From contig CAXXET010000008.1 in assembly GCA_963666115.2 (NCBI GenBank), positions 1 through 64,000 on the forward strand: a stretch of 64,000 bases of DNA, given 5' to 3'. Each line of letters opens with the position of its first letter. Positions within the stretch are counted from its first letter, which is position 1. The notes beneath the pieces were generated by a model. It was not told where the DNA came from and ran no database searches. It saw only the letters and a program-made list of their open reading frames with translations. This stretch comes from Dehalococcoidia bacterium. Its GTDB lineage: Bacteria; Chloroflexota; Dehalococcoidia; UBA6926. Shown here one piece after another: positions 24,672 to 34,328 of this stretch. The position numbers were made by a program, and so were the translations under genes.

Positions 24672-26045
24672 TCACCGCTCCACAGCGCTCGCGTAACGCG
24701 GCGCGCGCGGCGGGCGCAGGAACAGGATCAGCACCGCGGACACCGCGAAGAACGCGATGAAGATCAGGAACGCAGGCTGGTACGACCCCAACTGGTCATG
24801 GATGAAATTCATCAGGATGGGCCCCGTCGCGCCGAATCCAAACGTGATCACGAAGCCCATTGACCGCACTGCGCCCAGGCTGAGCCGCCCGAACGAGTTT
24901 GCCCACAACACCTCCTGCGTGACGCCCAGGCTGGTGATGCCGATTCCGTAGACGATGAGCGCCGGAAAGAGAAAATACACCTTGTCCGCGAAGATGAAGA
25001 GGACGCAGCCGATGGTCTGGAGGATGAACGGCAGCGCCCTGACAGGGCCGATGTTCACCCGTTCGGCCACAAGGCCAACGGCCGGCAGCGTCACCGCCAT
25101 CACGATGGCGCGGGTCGTCAGCGCTGCCGCCACAAGCGCCTCCTCATAGCCCAGGTCCTGCACGTAGGGCGCCAGGGAGATATTGATCCCCTGGAACGCG
25201 AGGCTGGAAATCGCGAAGCATCCCGCAATCAGCCAGAACGCCGGCGCTTTCAACGCCTCCGCGCGCGTCCACACCGGCTCCGGCATCGCCTGCCGCGTCT
25301 GCGCGGGAGAGTCTACCTGCCCCTGCTCCGGCGCGATGGCGGTCGGCGGCGCGTCCGGCTCGTCGCCGTCAGGCCGCAGTCCCATGTCCTCCGGCCTGCG
25401 CCTGATGAGGATGATCGAGGGCAGGAGGACGACAACCCACGTGACGATGGCGAATATCCAGAACATCTCTCGCCAGCCGAGCTCCTCGATGACGTAGACG
25501 GCGACCGGAATCATCACGACGTTGCTGATGCTCGCGCCCATGGTGGAGATGCCCAGCGCGCGCCCGCGTCGTCGAATGAACCAGTTGCTGATGACCACGC
25601 TGGTCACGAGGTTGCCCATCAGCGTGAACCCGATGGCGGCGACGAATCCCCGCACGAAGTAGAACTGCCAGAGTGAGTCGATGAGTTGAACGTCGATCAG
25701 GGTCCCGTCAATCATCGTGACGCCGATCAACGCCAGGCCGGCGATGATCGCCCCAACTGGCAGGAGCGTGCGCCCGCCGAAACGATCCACCAGCGGCCCA
25801 ATGAGCGGGGCGGTCGCCGCCTCAACAAAACGCGAGATGGTCTGGACGATTGCGATCTGGGTTCGGGTCCAGCCGAATTCCGCCGTCAGCGGCTTGAAGA
25901 ACAGCCCCAGCGTGGAGGAGAACTGCTCCGCATACGCAAGGTGCGCCATGAACGACGCGGCAACGATATTCCACCCATAGAAATAGCGCCCCCGCCTGCG
26001 CCGACGCTGGCCGCCCCCTTGCTCATCGTCCGCCCCGCGTGTCAA
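24672..26045 (-). CDS. MFS transporter
   Basis: About 12 hydrophobic segments; motif A GPLVDRFGGR; central loop RRRPEDMGLRPDG. Confidence 0.9.
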   Translation of the reverse strand: MTRGADDEQGGGQRRRRRGRYFYGWNIVAASFMAHLAYAEQFSSTLGLFFKPLTAEFGWTRTQIAIVQTISRFVEAATAPLIGPLVDRFGGRTLLPVGAIIAGLALIGVTMIDGTLIDVQLIDSLWQFYFVRGFVAAIGFTLMGNLVTSVVISNWFIRRRGRALGISTMGASISNVVMIPVAVYVIEELGWREMFWIFAIVTWVVVLLPSIILIRRRPEDMGLRPDGDEPDAPPTAIAPEQGQVDSPAQTRQAMPEPVWTRAEALKAPAFWLIAGCFAISSLAFQGINISLAPYVQDLGYEEALVAAALTTRAIVMAVTLPAVGLVAERVNIGPVRALPFILQTIGCVLFIFADKVYFLFPALIVYGIGITSLGVTQEVLWANSFGRLSLGAVRSMGFVITFGFGATGPILMNFIHDQLGSYQPAFLIFIAFFAVSAVLILFLRPPRAPRYASAVER

Positions 26046-27046
26046 CTCTGCCGCCCGTCGCGCGGCCCGTCACGCCGTCGTCCCCGTCTCCGCCGCCGTC
26101 GACGCGGGCGCGGCGTTTCGTCCTCCGGTTCAGCGCCATCCCCTGCGTTTGCGTCGTCTCGGGATTCGCCGTCAGGCTGCGGGAAGATGGTGGCCGTGCG
26201 GCCGTACTCGTCCTCTTCTTCCTCCGTTTCGCTCTCGTAGTCCTCCGGGTGGGTGGGCGGAATCTGCGGGGCGAGGAAGCCGCGCCCGGAGATGAAGCGC
26301 CGCGCCCCCCCGATGGCGAACGAGATCAGCAGGATGAGCAGCGCGATGCGGAACGGGCCCTGCGCAGCCCCGAAGAACGTGGACAAATCCTCCGGCACGT
26401 CGTCGCGTGAACCGGGCACCAGGACGCCCGCCGCGATGCCGGAGACGACCACAACTGCTCCAAGCGCTCCAAGGGCCTCCGCGACTCGGCCTCGATTCCA
26501 CAGGATGATTGAGGCGGCGGTCAGCCCCCCCTGCCCCAGCGCGACCAGCATCCGGGATGTCTCGATGTCCGTTCTCGCGCCGCTTTCGGGCGGCAGCAGG
26601 ATGATTGGCAGCGCCAGGTACGCGCCCGCCAAATAGAGTCCGGCGAAGAACGCGCTGTCTCCCCAACTGCGCGTGGCGATTGCGCCGCCGATGACCGCCG
26701 CGAGGATCGGCCCGCCCAGCGTCGCGATTCCCACTGCTATCGTGAACTCGCCGCCGTCCTCTGGCGCGAGCAGAGCCCACAACAGCGCCTGCGTGCCCAC
26801 GATTCCCATCGCCATCCACGGGTAGCCCCACCGTGGCGCGCCGCGCGTTGCGAGCAGCAGGGCGACGGCCATGGCGATGCCCGTCGTGAACAGGTAGGGC
26901 GGCGACGCGTTGAGCCGCCCGCCGAGCGACATCGTCCAGATGATGCCCGTCAACGCCCCGACGAGGATCAAAATAACGGGCGCGATCTCCCGCAGCATAG
27001 ACTGCGCGGGGGTGCGCGTCGGAGGAGGAACGATTGGACTGCCCAT
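26042..27046 (-). CDS. Hypothetical multi-pass membrane protein with acidic then Arg-rich C-tail
   Basis: 334 aa, ~8 hydrophobic segments; 4-nt overlap with the downstream MFS start. Confidence 0.7.
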   Translation of the reverse strand: MGSPIVPPPTRTPAQSMLREIAPVILILVGALTGIIWTMSLGGRLNASPPYLFTTGIAMAVALLLATRGAPRWGYPWMAMGIVGTQALLWALLAPEDGGEFTIAVGIATLGGPILAAVIGGAIATRSWGDSAFFAGLYLAGAYLALPIILLPPESGARTDIETSRMLVALGQGGLTAASIILWNRGRVAEALGALGAVVVVSGIAAGVLVPGSRDDVPEDLSTFFGAAQGPFRIALLILLISFAIGGARRFISGRGFLAPQIPPTHPEDYESETEEEEDEYGRTATIFPQPDGESRDDANAGDGAEPEDETPRPRRRRRRRGRRRDGPRDGRQS

Positions 27047-27102
27047 CGTCAGTTACAATAGCAGGCAGCGCCACACGCTATCGGCAGGAGTTGCCCCGTA
27101 AC

Positions 27103-28365
27103 GTGCAATCTTCGCGTCTCATTGCGCTCTTGAATCAACAGCGAGCCGTCGTCTACGTCGGCATCGCAACGTTTTTGTTTACGCTTGGGCAGGGAATCGC
27201 CGTTCTCACCGCCGTCCCCCTTTACGGCGATGCGATTGGTCTGACGAGCACCCACATAGGGTTTGCCGTGTTTGCCTTTGCCCTTGCTCGTGTCCTTACC
27301 AATGTGCCCTCGGCAATGGTCTCAGACCGAATCGGCCGGCGCTGGATCCTGATTGCCGGCGCCTTGATCGCCGCGGCCGGGAATGTGCTCTCGGCATTCG
27401 CAGGCTCGCTCGTGGCCTTCATCATTTTCCGTTTTATCGCGGGCATCGGCTCCAGCGCTTTCATCACTGTCGGGATTGCCACCACGGTCGACCTCAGCAC
27501 TCCGGCCAATAGGGCCCGCCTTCTGAGTGTGTTTCAGTGGAGCTTCATTGCCGGCATCACGTTGGGGCCATTGGTTGGCGGCTTTGTTGCCCAATTCTTC
27601 GGAGTTCGCGTGCCATTCTACGTGGTCGGTCTCGTCGCAGTGATGAGTGCCCTGTGGACGATGCGAATGGTGACGGAAACACGTGGCCGCCAGGTGGCGC
27701 AAAGCTCAGTGAATCAGCCTCAGGCTGCGCCCTCGCCTGGGTTGAATCGCTACGCTTTCATGTTGAGCAGAGGCTACATACTGATCATGCTCATCTTCAT
27801 CGCTGCGTTTTTCGTCCGCGGCGGCGGGTATTTCACCCTGTTTCCCCTCATAGCCAAGAATGACCTGGGGTTGTCGGAGGGTTTCGTTGGCATCATGCAA
27901 ACCCTTCCCGCCATCGCATCTCTGGTCATTCTCCCATTCGTGGGAGCGCTATCCGATCGCTACGGTCGCAAGAAAGTCATCGTGCCAGGCATGGCGCTCT
28001 ACGTCATGTGTCTGGTCATCCTCGGCTACAGCGCGTCGGCGCTCCTCATCTCAGCAGCCGTCGTCTTTGGCATCGGCATCTTCGTTTTCGGCATCGCGCA
28101 GGGCATGGAAGGGCCTGTCCCCATCGCGTATGTGGCGGACGTCAGCCCAACGGACAGCCAGGCGACTGCGCAGGGCATGGCCAGGACGGTTGGCGATGTT
28201 GCCCTGATGGTTGGGGGGCCGCTGCTCGGTTTCGTGAGCGATACGTGGGGCAGCACGGAAGCGCTTTATGGGACAGCCGTTGTCGTGGGCGTCTTCATGC
28301 TCATCTTCTGGGTTTTCGCCCGCGAAACGGCAGGACGGCGCGTCCAGCAGGCCAATCGAGCCTGA
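27103..28365 (+). CDS. MFS transporter (DHA1-like)
   Basis: Motif A SDRIGRR and GALSDRYGRK, GITLGPLVGG; start GTG 27103 or TTG 27091 after AGGAG. Confidence 0.88.
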   Translation: MQSSRLIALLNQQRAVVYVGIATFLFTLGQGIAVLTAVPLYGDAIGLTSTHIGFAVFAFALARVLTNVPSAMVSDRIGRRWILIAGALIAAAGNVLSAFAGSLVAFIIFRFIAGIGSSAFITVGIATTVDLSTPANRARLLSVFQWSFIAGITLGPLVGGFVAQFFGVRVPFYVVGLVAVMSALWTMRMVTETRGRQVAQSSVNQPQAAPSPGLNRYAFMLSRGYILIMLIFIAAFFVRGGGYFTLFPLIAKNDLGLSEGFVGIMQTLPAIASLVILPFVGALSDRYGRKKVIVPGMALYVMCLVILGYSASALLISAAVVFGIGIFVFGIAQGMEGPVPIAYVADVSPTDSQATAQGMARTVGDVALMVGGPLLGFVSDTWGSTEALYGTAVVVGVFMLIFWVFARETAGRRVQQANRA

Positions 28366-28383
28366 CGGCGAGCCGCAAAAATC

Positions 28384-28413
28384 TTGTACGCCTGACCGCG
28401 CGTTTGCTATCAT
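28384..28413 (+). promoter_or_regulatory. Candidate sigma70 promoter of the speD-like/speB operon
   Basis: TTGTAC-18 nt-TATCAT with extended -10 TGn. Confidence 0.5.
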
Positions 28414-28416
28414 CGT

Positions 28417-28515
28417 TGTCGGCTATAGCGACATGCTGCGCCCGGGTGGGGATCGGGCGGTAGCCAAACTCACATCCCCCGTGGTCGAAACGACGACCGC
28501 GATTCTTTTTTGTTT
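28417..28515 (+). promoter_or_regulatory. Structured 5' leader: H-type pseudoknot followed by terminator-like hairpin (candidate riboswitch/attenuator)
   Basis: S1 CGCCCG(28439-44)/CGGGCG(28454-59); S2 GGGGAT(28448-53)/ATCCCC(28474-79); 8-bp hairpin 28480-87/28494-501 followed by ATTCTTTTTTGTTT; RBS GGAGG next. Confidence 0.55.
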
Positions 28516-28531
28516 GGAGGAAAACCCGCAG

Positions 28532-28927
28532 ATGCACCTTGTCATGGATGGGTACGGGGCTGACGCCCACAGGCTGCAGGACGAGTCGCTCGTCCGCGAG
28601 CTGCTGGACACCTACCCCGATGCCATCGGGATGACCAAGATCTCCGAGCCGCTGGTGCATCGGTACACGAACGGAAAGATACCCGTGGATTGGGGCGTGT
28701 CCGGCTTTGTCCTCATCGCCGAAAGCCACATCAGCGTGCATACGTTTCCCGACCGGGGCTACCTGAACGTGGACATCTTCTCCTGCAAGGCGTTTGACGC
28801 GGAGTTGGCCGTCGCCGAACTGCGCGGGCGCTTCGGCATCACGGACGTGAGGATGCAGGTGCTGGACCGCGGCCTCGAGGAGTTCCCGGACAAGCAGCCG
28901 GAGCGTGAACTGACCGCCGCGCCCTGA
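28532..28927 (+). CDS. speD: Pyruvoyl-dependent SpeD-family decarboxylase proenzyme (AdoMetDC or arginine decarboxylase)
   Basis: LIAE-SHISVHTFP self-cleavage motif, DIFSC; ATG 28532 after GGAGG. Confidence 0.85.
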   Translation: MHLVMDGYGADAHRLQDESLVRELLDTYPDAIGMTKISEPLVHRYTNGKIPVDWGVSGFVLIAESHISVHTFPDRGYLNVDIFSCKAFDAELAVAELRGRFGITDVRMQVLDRGLEEFPDKQPERELTAAP

Positions 28928-28936
28928 TTGACTCCG

Positions 28937-29845
28937 ATGACCGGCAGTTCCGACGGCGTCGCATTCCCCTGGAGCTTCGCGTCTCTCGACGGGGACGACG
29001 CCGATTTTGACAAGGCGGCGGTCGCCGTTCTTCCCGCGCCGTATGACGGAACCACGTCGTATCGAGCCGGCGCGCGTGACGGCCCCCGCGCCATCATCGA
29101 GGCGTCGCGCTACCTGGAACTCTATGAGCCTGATCTCGGCCTGGAGCCTTCACAGTGGGGCATCGCGACGCTGCCCGCGCTGGAGCCGGACGTGTCCTCC
29201 CCGGAGGCCAACATTGCCCGCGTGCAACAAGCGGTGGGTAATCTCGCCGACGCCGGCAAGCTGCCCGTGATACTGGGCGGCGAACACTCCCTCACACTCG
29301 GAGCGGTCCGCGCCCTCGCCCAACGGCATCCCGGCCTCTCTGTCCTCCAGCTCGATGCCCACGCGGACATGCGTGACAGCTACCAGGGCAGCGCATACAG
29401 CCACGCCTGCGTCATGCGCCGTGTTCGGGAGGAGCTAAGCGCGGGGGGCGGCGCAGTTGTGCAGGCCGGGATTCGCAGCATTAGCCGCGAGGAGATGGAG
29501 CACATTCAGGATGCCGGGGGCGCAGGCGTGCATCTGTACGCGCCCGGCCAATACAACGACCCCGCCGCAATTGACGAACTGCTGGCGGGGCTGGGCGAAA
29601 ACCTCTATGTGACGGTGGACCTCGATGCTCTGGACCCGTCGATCATGCCCGCCGTCGGCACGCCGGAGCCGGGCGGGCTTTCATGGCAGGAAACGCTGAG
29701 CATCCTGCGAACCGCAGCCCAACGCTCGCGCATCATCGGCTGTGACGTCATGGAACTCGCCCCGAATGAGGGGCCCGCCCATGCCTCATTCACCGCCGCG
29801 CGGCTCACGTACAAGCTGATCGGCTACGCGCTAGCGAAACGCTAG
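28937..29845 (+). CDS. speB: Agmatinase (ureohydrolase family)
   Basis: PYDGTTSYRAGARDGP, GGEHS, DAHAD, SHAC, DLDALDP, GTPEPGG, ELAP motifs. Confidence 0.92.
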   Translation: MTGSSDGVAFPWSFASLDGDDADFDKAAVAVLPAPYDGTTSYRAGARDGPRAIIEASRYLELYEPDLGLEPSQWGIATLPALEPDVSSPEANIARVQQAVGNLADAGKLPVILGGEHSLTLGAVRALAQRHPGLSVLQLDAHADMRDSYQGSAYSHACVMRRVREELSAGGGAVVQAGIRSISREEMEHIQDAGGAGVHLYAPGQYNDPAAIDELLAGLGENLYVTVDLDALDPSIMPAVGTPEPGGLSWQETLSILRTAAQRSRIIGCDVMELAPNEGPAHASFTAARLTYKLIGYALAKR

Positions 29846-29862
29846 CGCCGCCGCCCCAAACC

Positions 29863-29884
29863 CCCTCCCCCGTGTGGGGGAGGG
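29863..29884. terminator. GC-rich hairpin between convergent genes
   Basis: CCCTCCCCC-GTGT-GGGGGAGGG perfect 9-bp stem; no U-tract, so may be a REP-like element. Confidence 0.5.
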
Positions 29885-29902
29885 TGGGGTGGGGGGCTCT
29901 GG

Positions 29903-30559
29903 TTACCCGGCGCTCGCCAGCGTAACCAACTCGTCCTCGTTCAGGGACTTCTCCGCTGTGTCCGCGCCGTTGCCGTTGCCGTTCTCATGGCCGTTCGTCC
30001 GGGCGCGGCGCTTCCTGGAGCCGTTGCCGTTGGAGGCCGCGGTGCGCGCGCCGAGGTAGCGCAGGCCGTTCTCGATGGCCCCGCGCAGCTCCATCGCCTC
30101 ACCGTGAAGCTCCTGGATATTCTGCGTGACCTGGTCCAGGTTGTTCAGCAGGCGCTCAAGCGACTGCGCGGCATACACGTCGGAGTCCTTGATGAGGCGC
30201 GCGGCATCGCTCTCGATGCGCTGCTTCATCTTCTCCGCCTCACGCTCGGCCTCCGCGCGAATCTGCTCCGCCGCCTCCTCCGCCTCTTCGACGATGGCGC
30301 TCTGCTGAATCGCCTGGCGGTGGTCTTGCTCCGTCTTGGCCTTCATCTTCTTGGCAAAGACATAGGCCTCGTTGACGATCGATTCGCCGCGCTCGCGGAT
30401 TTCCTCTGCCTCGCGGAACTCGGCCGGAGCCGTCGCGCGCATCCGATCGATCAGCCGCGCCAACTCCTCGCGATCCAACATGACCCGTCCGGTGCCCGGA
30501 ACGCGGCGGGCGTCTTCCGCCATGTCCTCCAGGGCATCGATCATTTCAAGGAACTGCAT
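29903..30559 (-). CDS. Coiled-coil protein of the type commonly found downstream of coaD (DivIVA/SepIVA-like)
   Basis: IDALEDMAEDARRVPGTGRVMLDREE N-terminus, long Ala/Glu helix, rsmD-coaD context. Confidence 0.7.
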   Translation of the reverse strand: MQFLEMIDALEDMAEDARRVPGTGRVMLDREELARLIDRMRATAPAEFREAEEIRERGESIVNEAYVFAKKMKAKTEQDHRQAIQQSAIVEEAEEAAEQIRAEAEREAEKMKQRIESDAARLIKDSDVYAAQSLERLLNNLDQVTQNIQELHGEAMELRGAIENGLRYLGARTAASNGNGSRKRRARTNGHENGNGNGADTAEKSLNEDELVTLASAG

Positions 30560-30659
30560 CAGGTCACCTCCCTGCTTTCGGCGTTCCTTTGCCTCTCTCT
30601 CCCGCGCTTTCCCTATCCGTCGGCTGCCCGCTCCCGCGAACGGGCGGTGTTGTCGTGCA

Positions 30660-31145
30660 TCACGTGTGATATTTCTGCCGCAGGGCCTCCGCCACAGCCG
30701 GTGAAACGAGGCCGCTTATGTCACCGCCGAGTGAGGCGGCCTCCTTCAACAGGCTGGAGCTCACAAATTGGTGCTCTGCCGAGGTCATGATGAACACGCT
30801 CTCAATCTCCGGATCAAGCTCGCGGTTCATCATGGCCAGTTCCATTTCAGAGACGAGATCGCCCCCGTTTCGCAGACCCCGGATCATCGCCGCAGCGCCG
30901 AGCTGCCGGGCGAGATTCACCGTCAGGTCGCGCGCGTACGTCGTCACGCGCGCATTGGAGACGTGGCGTATGGATTCCTCCGCAAGCGCCACCCGCTCCT
31001 CCGTGCTGAACATCAGGCTCTTGGAGACCGGGCTGTCATAGACGCAGACAATCAACTCGTCGAAGAGGCGCGCGGCCCGTTCGGCGATGCCCGCGTGTCC
31101 CATCGTCATTGGATCAAAGCTGCCGGGATAGATCGCTTTGGTCAT
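30660..31145 (-). CDS. coaD: Phosphopantetheine adenylyltransferase
   Basis: AIYPGSFDPMTMGH, IRGLR, VSSSLLKE. Confidence 0.96.
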   Translation of the reverse strand: MTKAIYPGSFDPMTMGHAGIAERAARLFDELIVCVYDSPVSKSLMFSTEERVALAEESIRHVSNARVTTYARDLTVNLARQLGAAAMIRGLRNGGDLVSEMELAMMNRELDPEIESVFIMTSAEHQFVSSSLLKEAASLGGDISGLVSPAVAEALRQKYHT

Positions 31146-31708
31146 GGCGTTCTCTCCCGGGGCGTCAGCAATGAAACGAGGGTATCGCCGTAGCGGCGCG
31201 CCGCGATTTCCTCCAGCGCCGCCGCGTCGAATGCGGCCGGCGAGCGGCTGGGATGCTCGACGACGATGACCGCGTCATCGCTGAGCAGCCCGTCGGCGGC
31301 CAGCAGCGCGTCCAGCGTGGCCGGAATCGCCGCGGAATCATCATATGGCGGGTCCATGAAGACGAGGCCGAACGGCCCGTCGAGAGTAGGAATGGCCCGT
31401 GCGACAGGCATGGCGAGCACCGTGACGGCGTCCGCCGCGCCGGCCCGTTCCGCGTTTTCACGGATGACGGCGCATTCCCGCGCGCCGCGCTCCACGCAAA
31501 CGGCGGACGCCGCGCCGCGGCTCAAAGCCTCAAGACCCAGGGCGCCTGTCCCTGCGTATAGATCCAACACTCGCCGATCCTTCACCGTTTCCCGCGCTTC
31601 CAGCATGGAGAACACCGCTCCACGCACCCTGTCCGTTGTCGGACGGCCACGCCAACCCTGCGGCGCCCGCAGTTCAATCCCTCTCGCGGACCCTGCAACG
31701 ATTCGCAT
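31142..31708 (-). CDS. rsmD: 16S rRNA m2G966 methyltransferase
   Basis: MRIVAGSARG, RPTTDRVR, LDLYAGTGALGLEALSRGA, DPPY. Confidence 0.95.
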   Translation of the reverse strand: MRIVAGSARGIELRAPQGWRGRPTTDRVRGAVFSMLEARETVKDRRVLDLYAGTGALGLEALSRGAASAVCVERGARECAVIRENAERAGAADAVTVLAMPVARAIPTLDGPFGLVFMDPPYDDSAAIPATLDALLAADGLLSDDAVIVVEHPSRSPAAFDAAALEEIAARRYGDTLVSLLTPRERTP

Positions 31709-31861
31709 GGCTTCACATGACCCCAAAGTTTAGTCTGGGTCTAAAACCTGGTCAATGGAATGGATGGTCTACTCCGGATAGAAACGGCGTCCGTTTCGCG
31801 AAATCCTGCGACGCAATCGCTTATGATGGCAGCAGCATCCACAGGCAGGGGAGAGGTTCAC

Positions 31862-32440
31862 GTGTCCCAACGTCGTCGTAGAAACGCGGTAACAACCGGC
31901 GGCGGCAACCGCAGCGGCATCATCATCTTTGCCGCCACCGTTGCCGCAATCCTGGTCATCGGAGGCTTGCTCGTCGCGCAGGAACTCCTGCGTGAAGAGC
32001 CCGGCTACGCCCTGGCAGACCAGGGAAATTACCACCTGGCCGAGCCTGATGAGGCGCACGTGTCGTACAACTCGTCGCCGCCAACCTCCGGCCCTCACAT
32101 GCCGGGTCTTGCCCCGGCCCAGATCTACAATGAGCAAGTCCCGGACGAGTTCCAGGTCCATAATCTGGAGGACGGCTTTGTCAACGTCCAATACGACTGC
32201 CCGGACGGATGCCCCGATCTCGTCGCCCAGCTAACCGACGTCGTGAATGAGTACATTGGCGAACCGGAGGGGCGCATCCTCATGGGGCCCTACGCCGGAA
32301 TCACCGATCCCGTCACCGGTCAGAGCCGCCGCATCGCCCTCACGGCGTGGACGCGGCTGGACGCCTTTGACGAGTTTGACGTAGAGCGCATCCGCGCGTT
32401 CATCGACGCCTACATGGGCATCGATCACCACGTGCCCTGA
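31862..32440 (+). CDS. DUF3105 domain membrane-anchored protein
   Basis: N-terminal TM; YNSSPPTSGPH, VHNLEDG, IALTAW. Confidence 0.85.
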   Translation: MSQRRRRNAVTTGGGNRSGIIIFAATVAAILVIGGLLVAQELLREEPGYALADQGNYHLAEPDEAHVSYNSSPPTSGPHMPGLAPAQIYNEQVPDEFQVHNLEDGFVNVQYDCPDGCPDLVAQLTDVVNEYIGEPEGRILMGPYAGITDPVTGQSRRIALTAWTRLDAFDEFDVERIRAFIDAYMGIDHHVP

Positions 32441-32458
32441 CGACCGGACTATTCGGCG

Positions 32459-33370
32459 CTAGACGAGCCGGTAGCCGCGGAAGCGGCTGTTCACCTCTCG
32501 CAGCGCCCCGCCCAGCTCCGCGACAACCAGGATCACCAACGCCGTGACGTATATCCACGTGAGCAGGATGACGACGGATGCCAGCGAGCCGTACACAGCG
32601 TCAAAGCTCCCGAAGTTCGTCAGGTAGAACAGGAAGAGGTTTTTCACGGTTTCCAGCGAGAGTCCGGCAATGGCCGCCGCCGGGACGCAGTACCGCCACG
32701 GCGTGCGGTCGCTCGGCAGCCAGCGGTAGAGCATCAGCATCGCAAGGAACACGCTGACCAGGGACAAGGCGCCCAGGATAACCCGTTCGCCTGAGTCAAC
32801 AAGGTGCGCGAACTCCCCCAGCCAGCCGCTCGCCGTTATTCCCTCCGCCGCGTGGACGAACGTCGAGCCCGCCAGGGACAACAGCATCAGCCCGCTGACG
32901 CCCACGACCATCGTGAGAGACTTCATCCGCACAAGGTGGAAGGCAAACGGGTTCGCCACGCCCCACGCGCGGTCCATGAACCGCGTCATTGCGCCGAAGA
33001 CGTTGCTGCCGGACCAAGCGAGCGCCAACAGCGAAACGAGGCCGACTGCGCCGCGAGACTGCACGATGGCGTCCACGTTGTCGTCGATGAGTTCCTGTTC
33101 CATCGGCAAATACTGCGAAATGATCGCGTGAACCTCCTTCACCACCGTGTCCGTGTCGAAGACGAAGCTCAGCACGGTGATAGAGAAGAGGAGCAGCGGC
33201 AGGATGGCCAGCACCCCGTAGTAGCCGACGGCTGCCGCCATATCCCCCACGCCGTGCGAGGCGGCATTGCGAATCATGACGACGACGACCGCCGTCGGCT
33301 TGAAGCTTTCGAGGACGACGATGACGCCGTGGCCGATGCGCCCCGCCAGTCTGGTGAGTGACCTAAACAC
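32459..33370 (-). CDS. YihY/BrkB family membrane protein
   Basis: AAAVGYY, YGSLASVVILLTWIY, ~6 TM. Confidence 0.88.
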   Translation of the reverse strand: MFRSLTRLAGRIGHGVIVVLESFKPTAVVVVMIRNAASHGVGDMAAAVGYYGVLAILPLLLFSITVLSFVFDTDTVVKEVHAIISQYLPMEQELIDDNVDAIVQSRGAVGLVSLLALAWSGSNVFGAMTRFMDRAWGVANPFAFHLVRMKSLTMVVGVSGLMLLSLAGSTFVHAAEGITASGWLGEFAHLVDSGERVILGALSLVSVFLAMLMLYRWLPSDRTPWRYCVPAAAIAGLSLETVKNLFLFYLTNFGSFDAVYGSLASVVILLTWIYVTALVILVVAELGGALREVNSRFRGYRLV

Positions 33371-33467
33371 CCCTCCAGCTTATCGGCATTCCGCCGTTCG
33401 CGCCGCCCGGCGCGCCAGCCATGTATCATTGACTGCGAGCAGATGCACAGGAAAAGGGGTGTGGCGC

Positions 33468-34328
33468 ATGTTTGAGACGATTGGCAGGAGTTGGCGGCTC
33501 TTCAAGCTCTGCCTCCATGTCCTGAGCGTTGACAAGGAACTGATCTTCTTCCCGATCTTCTCCACGATCGGCCTGGTCTTCGTCACGCTGACGTTCATCG
33601 GCGTCACGTTTGGCATCGGCTCGTTCGAGAGGATGGAAGCGGGCACGACCAACGCCCTCGATCTCCTGATGATCTTCCTGCTGTACGTCTTCGCCTACTT
33701 CGTCGTCATTTTCTTCAACGCCGCCCTCGTCTTCGCCGCGCATGAGCGGCTGGAGGGCGGAGACCCCAACATTCGCTCCGGCCTCGCCGGCGCATCAAGC
33801 CGTGTCGTCACCATCTTCCTGTGGTCCATCATCGCTGCAACCGTGGGCCTGATCCTCCAGATCCTGTCCAGCCAGGCGCGCGAGCAGGGCGGCATCATGG
33901 GCATCATCGGGCAAATCGTCATTGCGCTCATCGGCGCGGCGTGGTCGCTGATCACGTTCTTCGTCGTCCCGCTCATCGTCATCGAGCACCGCGGATTGGC
34001 GGATTCGTTCAAGACGTCGTTCGCCCTGCTCAAGAGGACGTGGGGCGAGCAGGTCGTCGGAAACTTCGGGCTGGGCCTCCTGCAGCTGGGCGCAACCCTG
34101 CTGGCGCTCCTCGTCGCGTTCATCCTCTTCCTGGCCCTGTCACCGCTCGGCACGGCCGGCATCATCACGGCCGTCGTGATTGGCGCCGTTCTCGTCGCGG
34201 GCGTCTCACTCGTCTTTGCCACGCTGAACGGCATCTACAAGGCCGCCCTGTACAACTACGCTGCGGACGGCCAGGTGCCGTCGCTGTTCACGGACGACAC
34301 CATCCGGGGCGCGTTCCGCCAGCGCTAG
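33468..34328 (+). CDS. Membrane protein, DUF6159-like
   Basis: SWRLFK...DKELIFFP, FFNAAL, TFFVVP, KRTWGE, IYKAALY. Confidence 0.75.
   Translation: MFETIGRSWRLFKLCLHVLSVDKELIFFPIFSTIGLVFVTLTFIGVTFGIGSFERMEAGTTNALDLLMIFLLYVFAYFVVIFFNAALVFAAHERLEGGDPNIRSGLAGASSRVVTIFLWSIIAATVGLILQILSSQAREQGGIMGIIGQIVIALIGAAWSLITFFVVPLIVIEHRGLADSFKTSFALLKRTWGEQVVGNFGLGLLQLGATLLALLVAFILFLALSPLGTAGIITAVVIGAVLVAGVSLVFATLNGIYKAALYNYAADGQVPSLFTDDTIRGAFRQR

Noticed and set aside
28484-28498. Guanidine-II (mini-ykkC) riboswitch suggested by ACGA in a hairpin loop
   Set aside because: Only one such hairpin and the loop is 6 nt; the class needs two ACGR tetraloop hairpins.
28268-28531. N-terminal extension of SpeD given by the ORF track (219 aa)
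   Set aside because: It overlaps the MFS gene and the structured leader; the RBS and family homology start at ATG 28532.
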